Source: Raillietiella orientalis | Taxonomy: Eukaryota | DNA: 64,000 nucleotides | Reading direction: 5' to 3' | Assembly (NCBI GenBank): GCA_036172245.1 | Contig: JAYWIR010000030.1 | Span: forward strand, 1,798,001-1,862,000 | Part shown: one piece after another, positions 1 to 12,719 of the stretch | Numbering within the stretch: position 1 is the first letter of the stretch | How the letters are laid out: every line of letters begins with the position of its first letter | Notes under the pieces: generated by a model | Seen by the model: the letters and a program-made list of their open reading frames with translations, nothing else | Databases searched by the model: none | Told to the model about the DNA's origin: nothing | Translations under genes and position numbers: made by a program

Positions 1-469
1 CGCTATCTAGCGGCTGAGCTGAAAACTTTGGTAGTATCGTGGTTCGGCGAGACGGACGCTGCTGCATCCAGAAAGAGATTTTGAGTTTGCGCTCCTTGAC
101 TCAAAGGAGGACATCCTGCGCTTCCCAAACGGCTGATCCTCGATCCTCATTTGCAGGTCGGCGCAATTCACCACCAAAGTGCAATTCCGTCCTGCGGACG
201 AGCGAGTGACTCGCTGAGGACAAAGATCGTTCCCTTTGCGGCTGCGCGGTTTGACAAACAAATTCACACACGCAGAAGCGACTGCAAACCCCATCAACCC
301 CACCAGATTGCTATGGTTGCAGCTTGCAGATTTCACGGACCGAGAGAGCTGATAGGGAGGAAATAAGTAGCTAGTTGAACGACGCAGGTAATCGGTATAA
401 AGAATGAATAATTACAGAGGGCCATGACCAAACCACTCTGTCTCAAGTGGCAATACTTTATGGATGTAT

Positions 470-2770
470 CGGAGATTTTTCTGTGTTTCCCCGAAGGACG
501 TTCTTGACTTGCATCCGCTTGAAAGAACTCCCGGAGGCCACGCTACTTCAACGACTCGTGCACCCGCCGCGATCCGATTGCTGGACCTTTCTCAGAGTTT
601 CGTGAGGGTCGGATCTTGTACCCACTTCCAATGTGCATACGGAAGCACAGATCGGAGTGAGCACAGCATTCACGCGGCGGAGAGGAAAGAATGCACGAGA
701 AAAATCCCATCCCTCATCCTGAACATCGATTCCAAGTCAGGCCCCATTCCCTGCATGCCGCGCCATCTATCCTCAGGTTTATACACTCCAAGTACTCCAT
801 CTACAAGAGCGCGACCTCCGCTCGCACCCCACGAGAGGAAAGCACACACATCTCGCTAATCCGTTTCGCACTTCCGTCTCCGCGAAAAATCAGTTGCACA
901 TGCCGGAGATTCACAAGGATCCTCAGAGATACTTGGGAAACTGCATTTGCAAGGATCGCTTTGCCCGAGAGGATCGCTCTTATGTGCGAGAATTTGACAC
1001 GTCGAACCTGCCAGAGTGGCTTCTGCTTCTTGAGCACCTTCCCGGAGAAGCAGCATGCAGCGCCGGTCTCGCCTCGCAGTGGACGGTTGCAAGGAGGACC
1101 TCACCATCTCTGCAGTGCCATTGACCACCGAGATGCGTGTCTCCTTACTTGGAGCGGGTCAGCGCGAGGTTTCGTGAATCCGTCTCCAGATCGCGCGGTC
1201 GGGATCCGAATGAGGGAGGGTTTGAAAAGAGCTCTTAGAGAAACTCCTGTGGGCGGCTTCGATGAAGGAAGTTCCGATCTGGATAGAGTCATCAGCAAGC
1301 ATCTTACTGGCTCCAGACCAGAGGCAAGATCATTGAAAACAAGCACCCGGGGATCAGGGGATCTGCATGATGGAAATTCTTTTGGATCCTTCTGCTTTCG
1401 CTGCTTTCCCTCCCAGCTTCCCCCCCCCCCTTTTTTTTTTGGTTCCCTAAGTGTTGAAGAACCGCTCGCCTCCCCAGGGACAGCTCACTTAACTCTTTGG
1501 CAAACCTCGGGTGGCTGTTCACGCCACCCGAGGGTGCATGCAGTGACTCTCCAAGTTAGGAGGTTACTCCGGGGGGACCATACTGTGAATTCAGGAGGCT
1601 CCGGAGGGAAGAGTCCGTTCCTCCCACGCTTGGGGCAGGGAACCAGATGGAAACCACCTCTTCCTTCGCTTTCTCTTCCTTCTCTGGTCTTCGGAAGGAG
1701 TCCCTGGAAGGAGCAACGCGCTTGTTGCACTCGGAAGAGGCAACCCCCCGAGCGAGGGTATCAACCAGCTCTATGGTACGCAATGGAGGGTCTCCCCGAG
1801 AGGGGAAGGACGAGCCCATTTTCACAGCCGGAGGGAAACCCCAAAGGGAACCGGTTACTTGATTCCTGGAAGGACCCTGGAGGGTCAGCTTCCGGTCGGT
1901 CAACGGGGACATCCAGTTTCCACCAGTGCGCCACTCCGCGAACGGTAGTGCCTGGCTGCAGGGAACCGCTCGAATGTGGACGAGGATCCAATAGCCAAGA
2001 GCAAAACAGGTGCGACGTTTCCTGTACGCGCGCAACCACAACTGCACGCTCCGGGAGATCCTGGAAGATCCCATGGAGAGTGAGTGGGCAAGCAGAACAT
2101 CCCTCGCCGCCGCCCTGCCCTCCCTCAAGAAGCACATGGACAGCAGTCTCACGGCCAGATTGGAGGCTACTGTGGATATCTCCGAAAGGAAAAAAGGACT
2201 GGGAGAGTGGACTCCGGGTCAGCTCACCTATGCTGCGACCCCGACTGTTCGACCTCGTGGACTTTTGCGCTGGGGCGTGCTACTTGGTATTCCGTAGCAA
2301 GACCTGCAGTGGCCTCCGGTGCTAATGAACACCCGAACCCTCCCCTTAAAATGGCATGGGTCGGCGTTAATGGTGCTGCACAAAGGTCTCCCGTGCAACG
2401 CCCACTGGCATCACTGGACACGGGGGGAGGGGTGGATCCAAACTGTGCAAGGTAATCAGGGGAACGGGAATCCTTCCCGCACCTCCTAGTGGACTGCGCT
2501 GCTCTTCATCTCCTTTGGGAACTCTGTGCTGCGACTCAAGCAGCCTCCGGCAGCAACGCCATTTCTTTTTTGACTGTGTTTTTTGTTTTATTTTTTTCCT
2601 TTTTGTTTGTCTCCCCTTCCCTCGTGCTGCCGAGGCGAACCCCACTGGCTTGCGTGCCAGATCTCGGCAGGTTACTTCCCGTAGTTATAAGTAACGTGGC
2701 AGGATCAAACGTCCTGTTCCAGAATGTAGGTTTATTTTTTATAAATAAACGCCCCAGAGTGACCGGGTGT
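470..2770 (+). mobile_element. Decayed, internally deleted L1/Tx1-like non-LTR retrotransposon (EN end, linker, RT core, C-terminus, 3' UTR)
   Basis: Degenerate RT reading 'AVTLQVRRLLRGDHTVNSGG..SPFLP' (~1540-1630). C-terminal family motif 'TLREILEDPMESEWASRTSLAAALPSLKK' (2010-2297) is shared with the copies at 14680 and 28080. The T-rich 3' UTR ends in AATAAACGCCCC..CCGGGTG (2744-2769). Confidence 0.7.
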
Positions 2771-5250
2771 CAACCGGTGTCACACCTCGAAGCTTACGGG
2801 CCAACCAGCGTCATCCTGACGGGGGAGGGACTCGACACCTACGACGCACCCCCCGTTCTCGGCGCCGATCCTCTACATCCTCCAATTCGAGCCCGCAGAG
2901 CTCGTCGCCGCGAGCGGAGGCCGCTGCAGCCGTCGCCGTGGGCAACCAGAATGGGAGAGAGCGTTCGTTTCACGCGTGTAAATGGGTAAGCAGAGAGAAA
3001 GAGGCGGCGATGCATTTTTCTGGTGGAACTCTGTCCCAGTACCCGGTTCCAAAAGCTTGTGCATACGAAGAAGATACATTCCGGAAGATTCCGCACTTTT
3101 CAAGTCTCGCAGATGACACGAGCAGCTGGCATTGGAGACCACCCTCTCGAGGACGGCTCGTGCGGAACCTGCTGAAGGCATCCCGTAAACAAGACGTGCG
3201 CCGCTCGAAAGGGATGTGCAGAGCCACCCCCGAACCTCGAAAGGAAGGGTTCGCAGCAGTGGGTCTGGCGGCAGGTTCTGACAGGGTGGTCAGGGGTGGG
3301 CTTTGGACAGGAATCATATCGAAACGGCAAGTGGACTGAGAACCGAAAGATGTGCAAGGAGACGGAAACCACCTCGTCGAGATCTCGAGCCGAGGACTTC
3401 CCGGTTCGGGAGCGATGCGCGAAAACGCAGTCTCCTGCGAGGATGTGGAGGCGGAAGTGCTCCGGAGTAAGGGCATGGTGGAGGAGCGACCCGCCATTCG
3501 ATGAGGAAGCTGAGTGGATCTGACTCTCGAGTGGCAGTTCCTGATGTCAGGATTTTCCCCACGAGCCGTCTGGCCCTCTCTGATGGACCGTCTCTTCCAA
3601 TCAGCTGCCTGCATCTGCAGAGGCTCCTTCTCAGGTAAACTGAAGTCCCAGAAGAAGAGGAGCCTTCAGAGGAAACTGCAGCTTCTAGAAGCTGACGCAG
3701 GGAGGATGGAATCAAACCGGCCAGCGCGCCCGGTGCTCTAGAGAGTCTGGGTCGGGTCATCCTGCTCCATGCTGCCTGCCCGTGGGAGAACTCCGTGGCG
3801 GTGCTGGGGAAAGCGCGGCAAAGCAAAGAGGTCAAACGACGAGGTTTTTCTCCTCTCTCATGAGGGAGGATCCCAGGAGAGGTGTCCCGAAGAACGACGA
3901 GAAGTCGAGGTCATCTCCGAGAAGGTGGAAGGCAGGAAGCGGCGCACGGCGCGAGCCAGTTCACGGCACGTTCAGGAGACCACCTGGACCAACATCGGCT
4001 GGGATGAACGATGTGGTTGCATCATCGCCATTGGTGATAGGGATTCCCACCTGGCGTTTATTTTAGGTGGCAAGAACTTTGAATAAACTCTGGCCGGAAG
4101 TCGGACTGCTGACTCCTCCCGCCCACCTGACATCACCTCTGAGGAAGAATCAGACCGCTCTTTCGCGCGCGTCCAGCTGCTCCTCTGATGGGGAATCGCT
4201 CTGTTGACCGCGCAAGAAAGCCCACAGACAGTCTCCGCGCGGTCTCCAGGCAGGAAGTGGATGCCAAGGCCGGGGGAGCACGGGCGGAGCACGAGGTCGG
4301 ACTAGCCGGTGAACCTCTGAGGAAGGGGAAGGGTGAGGGAGGAGGAAGAAGAAAGGGGAAGACAGATATGTCAGACAGATGTCTTCTTCCTCCCTGCTTG
4401 AATTCCGGTTTTCCTCATGCCATCAAGGATCTTCGGCGTTGGTCAGTGCAGCTACAGGCACCTCGAAGCACGCGACCTCGCGCGAAGACCAGAGGCCACT
4501 CTGAGACAGTTATCGATTCCTCCTAGTCTTCGCCTCTACCCAGTATTCCTTTTCCCCCAGCCAGTAGCGTCCTGCGGACAAAAAGTCGCTGTCTGAGGGA
4601 AGCAGGGGCGAGTGGGAGGTCCTCCACGGTGACCCTTCCCTCCCTTCAAGGGGTGCTCTAAGAAGCCTTTGAAAAGCAGAAGTTGGAGGGGAGGGGAAGG
4701 AAGGGACTACGCGGTGAGCGCATCTTCCCCTTCCCGGAAGGAAGAGGCAATGTGCTCGACAGCCCGATCCCTGCCTGAGCGCCGGTTCCCTCCCTTTCCT
4801 CGCCTGCGTGATCATCTCAAGGGCTATCCGGAGGGTGTCTATGGTGAGGAAGTGGAGCCGCTGCCGAGACGAGGCTGTTGTCCGTCTCGTCGTCACGTGC
4901 TGCCTCGAAGACCGTTCCCGAAGCGCGGCAGTCTTCCACGGTCTCTTGGTAAGAATAGCGACGGGGACGAAGCCATGCAAACTCCAAGCGACGCCTCCCC
5001 TAGTTACCACCATGAAGCATGGGTTGCATCCCGGAGTCTTGTGGGGAAATGTGATCTACCGCGGAAGCGTCGCCGCTCCTCTCCGAGAGGGACGGCGGCG
5101 ACCTCACCACATCGGCATCTCCTGTAGCTGCCTCGTGGGAGCTGCGAGTTTCCGGATCCCCGAAGGAAGACACTGGAGACTGTTCTCCTAAAAAAAGCGA
5201 GCGAGAGCCTTCCCCCCTCTCTCGAGCACAGGCGCTCCTTGGAAGACATT
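2770..5250 (+). mobile_element. Very degenerate L1-type ORF2 fragments (RT domain-7 piece, EN end, RT start, post-RT)
   Basis: 2770-2930 is homologous to 57020-57170. Weak motifs elsewhere: 'LQLLEADAGRMESNRPARPV' (ISLLN.D.K-like), 'HLPLP...PDP' and 'VLWGN'. Confidence 0.4.
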
Positions 5251-5299
5251 CAGGGAAAGAAGGAAAGATTGGGAGGCGTGGCGGGAGAAGAAGGAGGTT

Positions 5300-5830
5300 C
5301 GTGAATCTGCCGCTAGAGGACAGAAGGAGAAGTCACGAAATTTGGGTCTCTGAGCCGCGGATGAGCAGTGTAGTTAGTGCCAGGAGAGCCAAAGGGTGGT
5401 AGTTGGGAGAGGGGGATCAATTCTAGGAGATTCGCTGGAACCAAAAATCGGAGAAAAAGTCCGGGAAGAGCGAGAGGGAAGCGGAGCGAAGCGAGGGGAG
5501 ACCGGAAGCAGTGCCGCTCTTCCTCGGCCACTTGGTTCACCGAAAGGAGATCAGCAATGACCAGATCCACAGAACATCCACAGATCTCCGACACACTTTT
5601 TGAGAAAACTCCTGCAGCCGAGCCCGCGAGACCCCGAGGCAAAGCGGTATCCAAAGAAGGGATGCACCTCCTTCGTCCACCAGCGCGCCCCCTCTCTGCG
5701 GCCTTTCCAGAGCCATGTTCGCTGGATGCAGAGCTCACATTCATGAAGTCCCTGGAAGTTTCTTCGTTGCCTTTCTTCGCGCCCTTCCTGCGCTTCCATC
5801 CAGCCTCGCTTGTTGCAGACACCTAGCACG
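5300..5830 (-). mobile_element. L1-type ORF2 linker/RT-start fragment
   Basis: 'EETSRDF', 'VAEEERHCFRSPL' and 'ESPRIDPPLP' resemble the E..S.FF and PL...E...KSPG.DGLP motifs. Confidence 0.4.
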
Positions 5831-6540
5831 ATCTGGGTGACATGACCGACACTCCTGAGATCACGTCCGCAGGGGAGCAGTCAATGGGACAAAACGCGAC
5901 TGGGATCGCGGAGAGAACTCCCGGCGAACACGCCACTGGATGCAAAGAAACGACGCCGCTTCAAGACGGCGGGAACGCTGGAAGAGCAGAACGTGGGAGA
6001 CTGGCGCCCGTGGTGCGCGCATGCACGTTCCTTTCGCAACGAGATCGCTCCCAGCCCACTTCCGGGATCTTCCCTCGCGCCCGGCAGCAGCACTGTCCCG
6101 AGATCGTTCCGTTCCCTAACAAGCATTTCTGGTGGAATCCCCGATCCTCCCAAGGGTTCCGGACGCGATCACCAAGGGCAACTGAGGACATCTGTGTTTA
6201 AGTCAGGCAATTCGGTTGCTCCTGCCGTTCGACAAGCAGCGGGCTGTCTTCGAGGAAGGAAGGAGGGAAAAAAAAAAAAAAAAGAGAAGAAAGGAAGGAA
6301 AGAGAAAAAAAAGGGGAGGGAGGAAAACATTGACGACTCCCCAAAGCACCACGGAACGCCACCGTATCTGCGGCTCTTTGGCCAGTGTATTGCCTGCAAA
6401 AGATGCTAACTATCCACTGCCGTTTTGTATCGATGGTGTACAACACGGTCGAAGTCTGCCGTCAGATGTTCAGGGTCCAAATCGCCGCTGTGACTCCATC
6501 ATGAGATTCCCACCTTTACGGGTTCGACAAATGCATAGCA

Positions 6541-6651
6541 CATCCCCAATGCAGTAGTTGGCAGAATGAAACACAGATGGCAAACCAATCACAACTAGTT
6601 GGGATTGAAGGACTCGCAGCAGCACAGCAGAAGAAAGGTGACCCTTGGAGG
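6541..6651 (+). repeat. ~110-bp direct repeat, copy 1 (PBS-like sequence plus short ATG-initiated ORF start)
   Basis: Matches 7645-7755, with an identical 33-nt core GCAGTAGTTGGCAGAATGAAACACAGATGGCAA. Confidence 0.9.
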
Positions 6652-7300
6652 ACACCTCGCTCTCCTCCAAAGAGGGTAAACACGCGCTCCTGTCTTGCCG
6701 GGAGGGCATCCCGCAAAGCGCAGGGATCCGATCACACGACCTGCCCCATTCTGCGGGATGGAGGCGAAGAGAGCCGAGAGTGCTTGAAGAGTGGCGGGCA
6801 AGACGATCGTGCCATCTTGAGACACCTGAGAGAGCGTCCATCTCACGCGAGAGCCACATCAACGAATGATTCCTTCTGCACCAATCGGCCATGCGCGCCA
6901 GCTAGAGACTCGACTGGTGCTTGTTCCATCGCGGACAGCACTGCTGCGGTTGCCGTTGGCAATTCACCTCTTGTGGTAGACCTCAGCAGGGCAAACACGT
7001 GATGGGAATAACGATGCGGCACGAAAACTTGTTTCGGATGCTCCCAGATGTCCCGCCACCGCAAGCGGCCGCGTCCGACGTACCGCACAGCTGACTGGCG
7101 ACTCAGAACAGTCTTTCTGCAGCCCAGGGCACCCGCAAGCCTGGGAGCTACTCTTGCGTTGCAACCGCATCCGGCTGCCATCGTCGAGTCAGGAAACCGC
7201 CCAGCCGAATGAGATCCTTCAGGGTGACAGTGGAGTTCAAGATACGAGAAATCGCGTCTTCTTGTCCCGAACCGGAAACGCGTTGTTGGTGCAACTCGGG
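6577..7300 (+). mobile_element. Possible Ty3/Gypsy gag remnant
   Basis: Follows a tRNA-Ser PBS-like sequence. Weak gag-like motifs 'PILRDGGEESRECL' and 'WELLLRCNRIRLPSSSQE'. Confidence 0.3.
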
Positions 7301-7644
7301 AAGACATGGCTCGCTTTCCTTCCGTGTATCTTCCAAGCCGAAGCTGAATCGATCACCAGACAGGATTTTGGGATGGGAGGGGGGAGGGTTGACGGATTCG
7401 TGTTTTCGTGTCTTTAGCGGGAGCTCAGCTACCACGTTGGACTCCTCAGGTTCCCAGCACCTGGAAGCTTTCCGGCGGACTAACCGACCAGCGACCTCAG
7501 CCGGACTTCTCCACGAGTCGAAACTCTCGACGAGCCTCCGGAGCAGGAAGCACCGCTCGCATTTACGGCCCCCATCGGATTGCATGCAGCGCCCTCGAGG
7601 GTGGATCTCAATCGAACGCAGCTGAGACTAACGTTAGCACGAGA

Positions 7645-7755
7645 CATTCCCAACGCAGTAGTTGGCAGAATGAAACACAGATGGCAACCCAATCGCAAAT
7701 AGCTGAGATTGAAGGACTCGAAACAGCACAGCAGAAGGGAGGTGACCATTGGAGG
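7645..7755 (+). repeat. ~110-bp direct repeat, copy 2
   Basis: Encodes MATQSQIAEIEGLETAQQKG, against MANQSQLVGIEGLAAAQQKK in copy 1. Confidence 0.9.
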
Positions 7756-8099
7756 GGAACGGAAATCCGTGACCCCGTGCGTTGAAACCAAAACAGTTCA
7801 CGGTAATGAAGACACGCCCACCTCAACCACCCACGCGCAAATATACACGCGTACATCCGCAGAGGTGGGACAGCCCGCATAGATATAGACATCTGTGTAC
7901 GCACACATTCGTCGGATAATGCGGTCTTCAAGCGGGCAAGGGTTGATAACCGATGACAGCAAAAGAGAAGCGCAGCGCGAGTCGAGGCGGTTGCTGTGCG
8001 ACGTGTCTTCGGCTCACATGCTGGAGCTGATGGGACCGTAAGGCAGGCAGCAGAGGCCATAATTCCCAGGGCAGAAAAAAAAAAAGGCACAATTCCAGG

Positions 8100-8900
8100 C
8101 AATCACGAGGTTCTCTTTCCTGCATTTCCATGAGGACGATCGGGAACGCGAAGCGGTCACTAGAAGCGGCTCCTGTCTCCGCGCCCGGTCCCTCTTCGCT
8201 GCGATCGTCCTGTGTGTCTCGGATTCTCGGAAGGTCGAACCGCGGAATCCGGGGCAACGGATGCCAAGGGCACCCGCGCCCAGTCTTGGCATTCAGGGCG
8301 AGGTCTTCCTCAGCTAAGAGATTCTTATCTCGCCAAGGTCCCGCTGAAAAGTTCGCTTGCGTTGGCGGAGGCTGGCAGGACCACGGCAGACTGCGGAGAC
8401 GGGGTGCACGGTACCCCAATCAGGGATGAGCGCGGCTTTTTTTTCAGCTGCTCGCATCGCCTCCGGGTTCGGCGATGCTTCGAAGCGCGTCTCCCCGATC
8501 GCCGGCCGCGCTCCGGCGGGGCGGCAAAGACCGGGGAGGCAAACCTCGACGAAGAAAGCGGGGTAGGCGGGACGAGGAAAGAAGGGAACAAGAGCCTGGC
8601 GGGAGGAGTTGCTGCCTCTCTCTTCCTTCGAAGAGCGCACCGGAAACCGCACCGGCTCCGGGCGAATGCAAAAGTCCGGGCGGCCGCTGGGCTGGAAGGT
8701 GCTCCCGCACACCTCCCGCTCGCCGCGGCGGTTCAAGGTGAGCTGTGACCAGCCGCGTGCCAGTCGCTCCTGTGATGGGAGGTGGGGCAGAGGAGGAAAA
8801 GGCCGCCCGTGCGTGGCCCGCGGTCCCTTCCGCGCGAGCAAGCGAGGCGGGAGAGTTCTGCTTCGGCGAGGGACGGAGCGTCGGTGGAAGGGGTGAGCGC
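8100..8900 (-). mobile_element. L1-type APE endonuclease C-terminal half plus linker, decayed
   Basis: 'GRPDFCI' resembles GGDFNC. 'GPWRDKNLLAEEDL' resembles G.WKLN.SLL.DE. Confidence 0.5.
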
Positions 8901-8989
8901 CCTTCCTTCGTCCGGACGGAGGACTCCGCCGAAGAGCAGCTATGCGCTACGCATCTCGCAGAGGTCGCCGAAGGGTGTCCTGTGTGTCT

Positions 8990-9660
8990 AGTTCTTCTGC
9001 TCCCCTCCCCTCCTCTCTGTCCCGACGTGGACATCCCTGGTTGCGGTTTTCCCCTTGGTGGTGTTCCCGGAACCTGATAGGGTCTACTATTTTTTGTAAG
9101 TTCATTGCAGCCTCCCTCGAGAGGCCCCAGGCTCCGTCCGAGTGCGAGACCACACCCTCGATAGGGATGCCGGATTGCCCCGGGCGCAAAGGAACGAGGC
9201 GCCAACCTGCTTTTTCTTCTTCCTCCTCCATTCCTCCTCCTCCTATCCGCTTCCCTTCTCTTGCGAATGGAAGGAGAGCTCCACGTGACGCGAGGATCGA
9301 TCCTCTTGTTCCCATACCTTGGGAGGGGGGACTTTCCGGGAGGTGGAAGGCACCTTCTCTGCCTCAGTTCGCCCCCCAAGCCGTGGATCGTCATCCCGGA
9401 GACGGGAAACCGCACCCGTCCCTCATCTCCGGTGCTCCTGGGTCCACTGATTCCTCGACCTGCCCAGGCCCCATCTCTGTCCGCGAACAGAGGGGACGCG
9501 GTCCCTTCCCGCTCAAGAGGGACGCCACGCTCTCTCCTGAACTACCTCTCTGCCGACTGGGGTCGCCGCCCCACGGTCCCACTCGAGGTGATGGAGGAGG
9601 GTCAGAGGGGGTTCGTCCGGATGCACCCGGCTCCGGGGAGGTCTTCCTGGAGCACGCCTA
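8990..9660 (+). mobile_element. Degenerate RT fragment
   Basis: 'GHPWLRF...FCKFIAASL' followed by 'KGTRRQPAFS' resembles V.H.WL..VL..F...I..L / G.RQG.PLS. Confidence 0.4.
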
Positions 9661-9699
9661 GAGCCGGATGAGGGAGCAGCTGCCGCTTCGTCCGCGCCT

Positions 9700-11100
9700 C
9701 GGGCCGCTGCCGGGCACGGAGTGAGAGGGAGCGCCCCCGCGGGGAGTGGACGGAGCAGTGCAGTCGGCGCTTTCCGGGAGTCGCCTGAAGGATCTGCCTG
9801 CGGGGAAGCGGAACGTCCGGCAAGAGGTCAGCGGGGGGTCTCTTTCCTTCCCTCTGTCCCCTCCCCTCCAAGAAACCCAGAGAAAGACGGGGGTACTCAC
9901 ATGACGTCTCCCAGCTTCATCCTGCTGTGGACCAGGGCGCAGGACTTGATGTCCACCGAGCCGACGGCCCTCCTCCTGCGGTATCTCCCGGTGTACCCCA
10001 TGGGCGTTGCTCCTCCCCCGGTCGGCGGGGGGACCCGGAGCGTCTCCGGCGCAGAGGCGGCCTCGCAGGAGGCGCGCCGCGGGGAGGCACTTCTCCCGCG
10101 CTCCCCTCCTTCTGCGGGGGGCACGCGAAGAGAGCTGCCGCCGCCGTCGGGCGCGGTCATGGAGCCTCCGGGGGAGAGGGGGGGGGGGGAGGGCGCTGAG
10201 ATATCGGTCCACTCGGGGGGCGTAGGAAGGGGACGGGGGCGGGGGGTCTGAGGCTGCTTTACTGTGCTGCTGCTCCCGGGGCCCGCTGGCGGCACGCGGC
10301 GAGGCGTTCCCGGAAGAGCCGGCGACGGCGAGTCCCGGCGGCCGGAGCGCACATGCCGAATGAGGGAGCCGGAGGAATCGGGAAGTGGGGAGAGGGGGAG
10401 GAGGAGGGGGGAGGGGGCGGAGCGCGCCGCACATGCGCGTCATCGGCGGCGGCGCCCTCGTGGGGGAGGACACGCGCGCCATCCCGAGGCGCTCTCGTCG
10501 TCTCCCCCTGGAAGCGGGAGCGCCTGGAGACGGCGCACCGTTCGCGGGGCAGGAGGGCAGATCCCCCCTGCCCCCGGGAAAAAAAGACTGATGGGGCTCG
10601 AGGGAGGCTCCGCCTCCCGGGTAACTTTGCGTAGGATGCGGGTCATCAGGAAAGCCCAGGGAGGAAGCTCAGTCCTTGCTGCTCCTCGTCCCCCTCCCTC
10701 GGAAAGATCCAAGTGGGCTCACCCCCGCGCAGGAGCTGGAAGGAGCGTTCCGCTGCGGCGTCGGGCCCTTTCCTGAAGCTCAGAGGGGAGGAGGAAGGGG
10801 GGATTCCCTCCAGGGTCACGCGCCCCCCCTCTTCCCGCATAGTCCCGAGGCTCACCTCTCAGGCGTTCCGAGCCGAAAGGCGGGGAGACTCCACCCATGC
10901 ACGCTCTCCTCCTCCCCCCCCCCTCGCCGGTTCCGGGCTCCCCTTTTATCCAGCAGTGGCCGCCTCCTCCTGCAGGATCTCCCTCCGACGCTACCGCGTG
11001 CTGCCCGCCCTCTGGACACCGCCGGCTGCGTCACGAGGCCGCCCGTACGACGAGTCGCGTGGCCTCCAAGGGGCACATCCTCCCAGCGTCGTTTCCCTGA
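9700..11100 (-). mobile_element. Very GC-rich degenerate L1-type RT fragment
   Basis: 'SLGTMREEGGRVTLEGIP', 'FLMTRILRKV' and 'KAASDPPPPSP' are colinear with RT motifs. Many G/C homopolymer runs. Confidence 0.4.
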
Positions 11101-12719
11101 GCTGACAACGAACCCTTCCTCTCGTCCACCCCTCCCTACCTCCCTCCCATCCTTGGCGCGGCCTCTCTTGCTCCTGTAGCCCGGCTCCTCGTTACTAGGT
11201 GACCGGGAAGCACAGACAGGGAAGCGGCAGGCTGCGAGTGGTGTCGGTGGGCGCCCAACGAACAGAGAGGTCGCTCAGCTCCCCCGTCCAGGGACCATGG
11301 GGGGCCGCAAGGATTCGGAAATCCCGCGGACGGGGACTGCGAGCGCGCTTGGGATGGCGCGCTAGATCCTGGGAGCAGCGTCCCCGAATCCCAGTGAGCG
11401 AGATCCCGGTCGGCTGAAGTTTTCACACGGCTCGACGATGAGATTTCCCGGGAAAGCACCCGGCGCGTCCAAATTGAACATTCCAGGAGGCTGGAAAGTT
11501 GTTTTCCTTGCTTCCATCGCCGAAAATCCTCCCCCTTTGCCCGAAGAATGCGCATCACGCAGCGCATTTTCCTTTAAAACCTGGACTTCTCCTCTCTTGA
11601 GGCTGCATCCGCCGAAGAGAACGGAATTTCCATTCGAGCTTTCAGGTATTCTGTGCAGATAGGAGGAGCAAGAGTGCAGCATTAAGGCGGCACCATTAAT
11701 GGCAGCATCATCAGACCACCATCTTTCGCCGGATCCCTCGCGCGATCTTCTGTAAAAAATAAAACAATATTTTTCGTCAGGATGATATTATTTTATGATA
11801 GTATTGTTATTAATGCTAGCCATCACCGAAGACGGTCCTGAAGCTACCCTCGAAAACGGTAGGGCGGAGGAGAATCTGCAAACTTTTGTTTTGGCGAAAG
11901 TTGCACTTGGAGTGCCTGCCCGTCGACATGCAGCATACGAAATGAAGCGCATATTGCGCACCGCGTTCCCGTGATTGGGCAAAGATGAGCTCCTGGAGGG
12001 GAAACTCTGAAGGGGGAATGGATTGCGCCTGGAAGCAGGGCTGCCACTTCGGATGATTCACACGTGCTTTCCAGAATTTATCAGATGACATTCAGTTCCT
12101 GTGGATACAAATTGGCGTTATTTATTTTCCACACAGTCCAGTGTGAGAACAGAAATTTTCAGCGTTGTAAAGCGGAAGTTTATTGCAGGAGCAGTTTATT
12201 ACTTGAGGATTTCATTTTTCATTTAGCTAATTAGGCGTCACCATTGGCGTTCGCGTTTGCCACCACCATCGTGATCCATGGGAAGCTGCTTTTTTTTTTT
12301 TTTTTGTCGAGAAATAAGCAAAAACTGCTACACAAAACATGATCGCTCAGATGTCTTGATACCTGTCTCGGTAGGAATGGAACATTGCTCAAATGCTTAT
12401 TTCCGAATGTTCTTGTAGCAGCAAAATATCAGTTGTCCGAGTGATGGATGCAATGATGGAGCAGCCTTCGACACAGTGTAGGCGGCATTCGAAAGCAAAG
12501 CACAAACACAGCCCCAAAGTATTAAGGCTAGGATCATTGAAGGAGAAGAAAACACGGAATAACTTTCTTTTTCCATTTTATGTATCCAAAATGGGATCAA
12601 CCTCCGACTCTGCACGCTGCATGGCGAGGGATAAGAACTTCTGCTTGGCACTGGAGCAGCTCTTTGCAGGGATCGAGCCTTCAAGCGCTCCAGCACAGCT
12701 ATCCAAATGCCAGTGAAGG

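Noticed and set aside
1440..1930. Recurrent GTGCTGAAGAACC block as an ORF1 or a novel SINE head
   Set aside because: Translation and upstream context place it in RT subdomains 3-7.
691..2325. 544-aa ORF as a real gene
   Set aside because: It drifts in and out of the L1 ORF2 frame across deletions; the recognisable motifs fall in different frames and there is no intact catalytic motif.
2610..2670. HDV-like ribozyme (CCCTCGTG..GGCGAA)
   Set aside because: The nested double pseudoknot could not be assembled by eye, and these motifs are not kept in the other copies.
9660..11180. CpG-island promoter or GC-rich host gene
   Set aside because: Colinear RT motifs lie on the minus strand, and long ORFs are expected at this GC content.
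11800..12120. maT/Tc1-like transposase fragment ('ITEDG..RILRTAFP')
   Set aside because: Similarity is too weak to call without a search.
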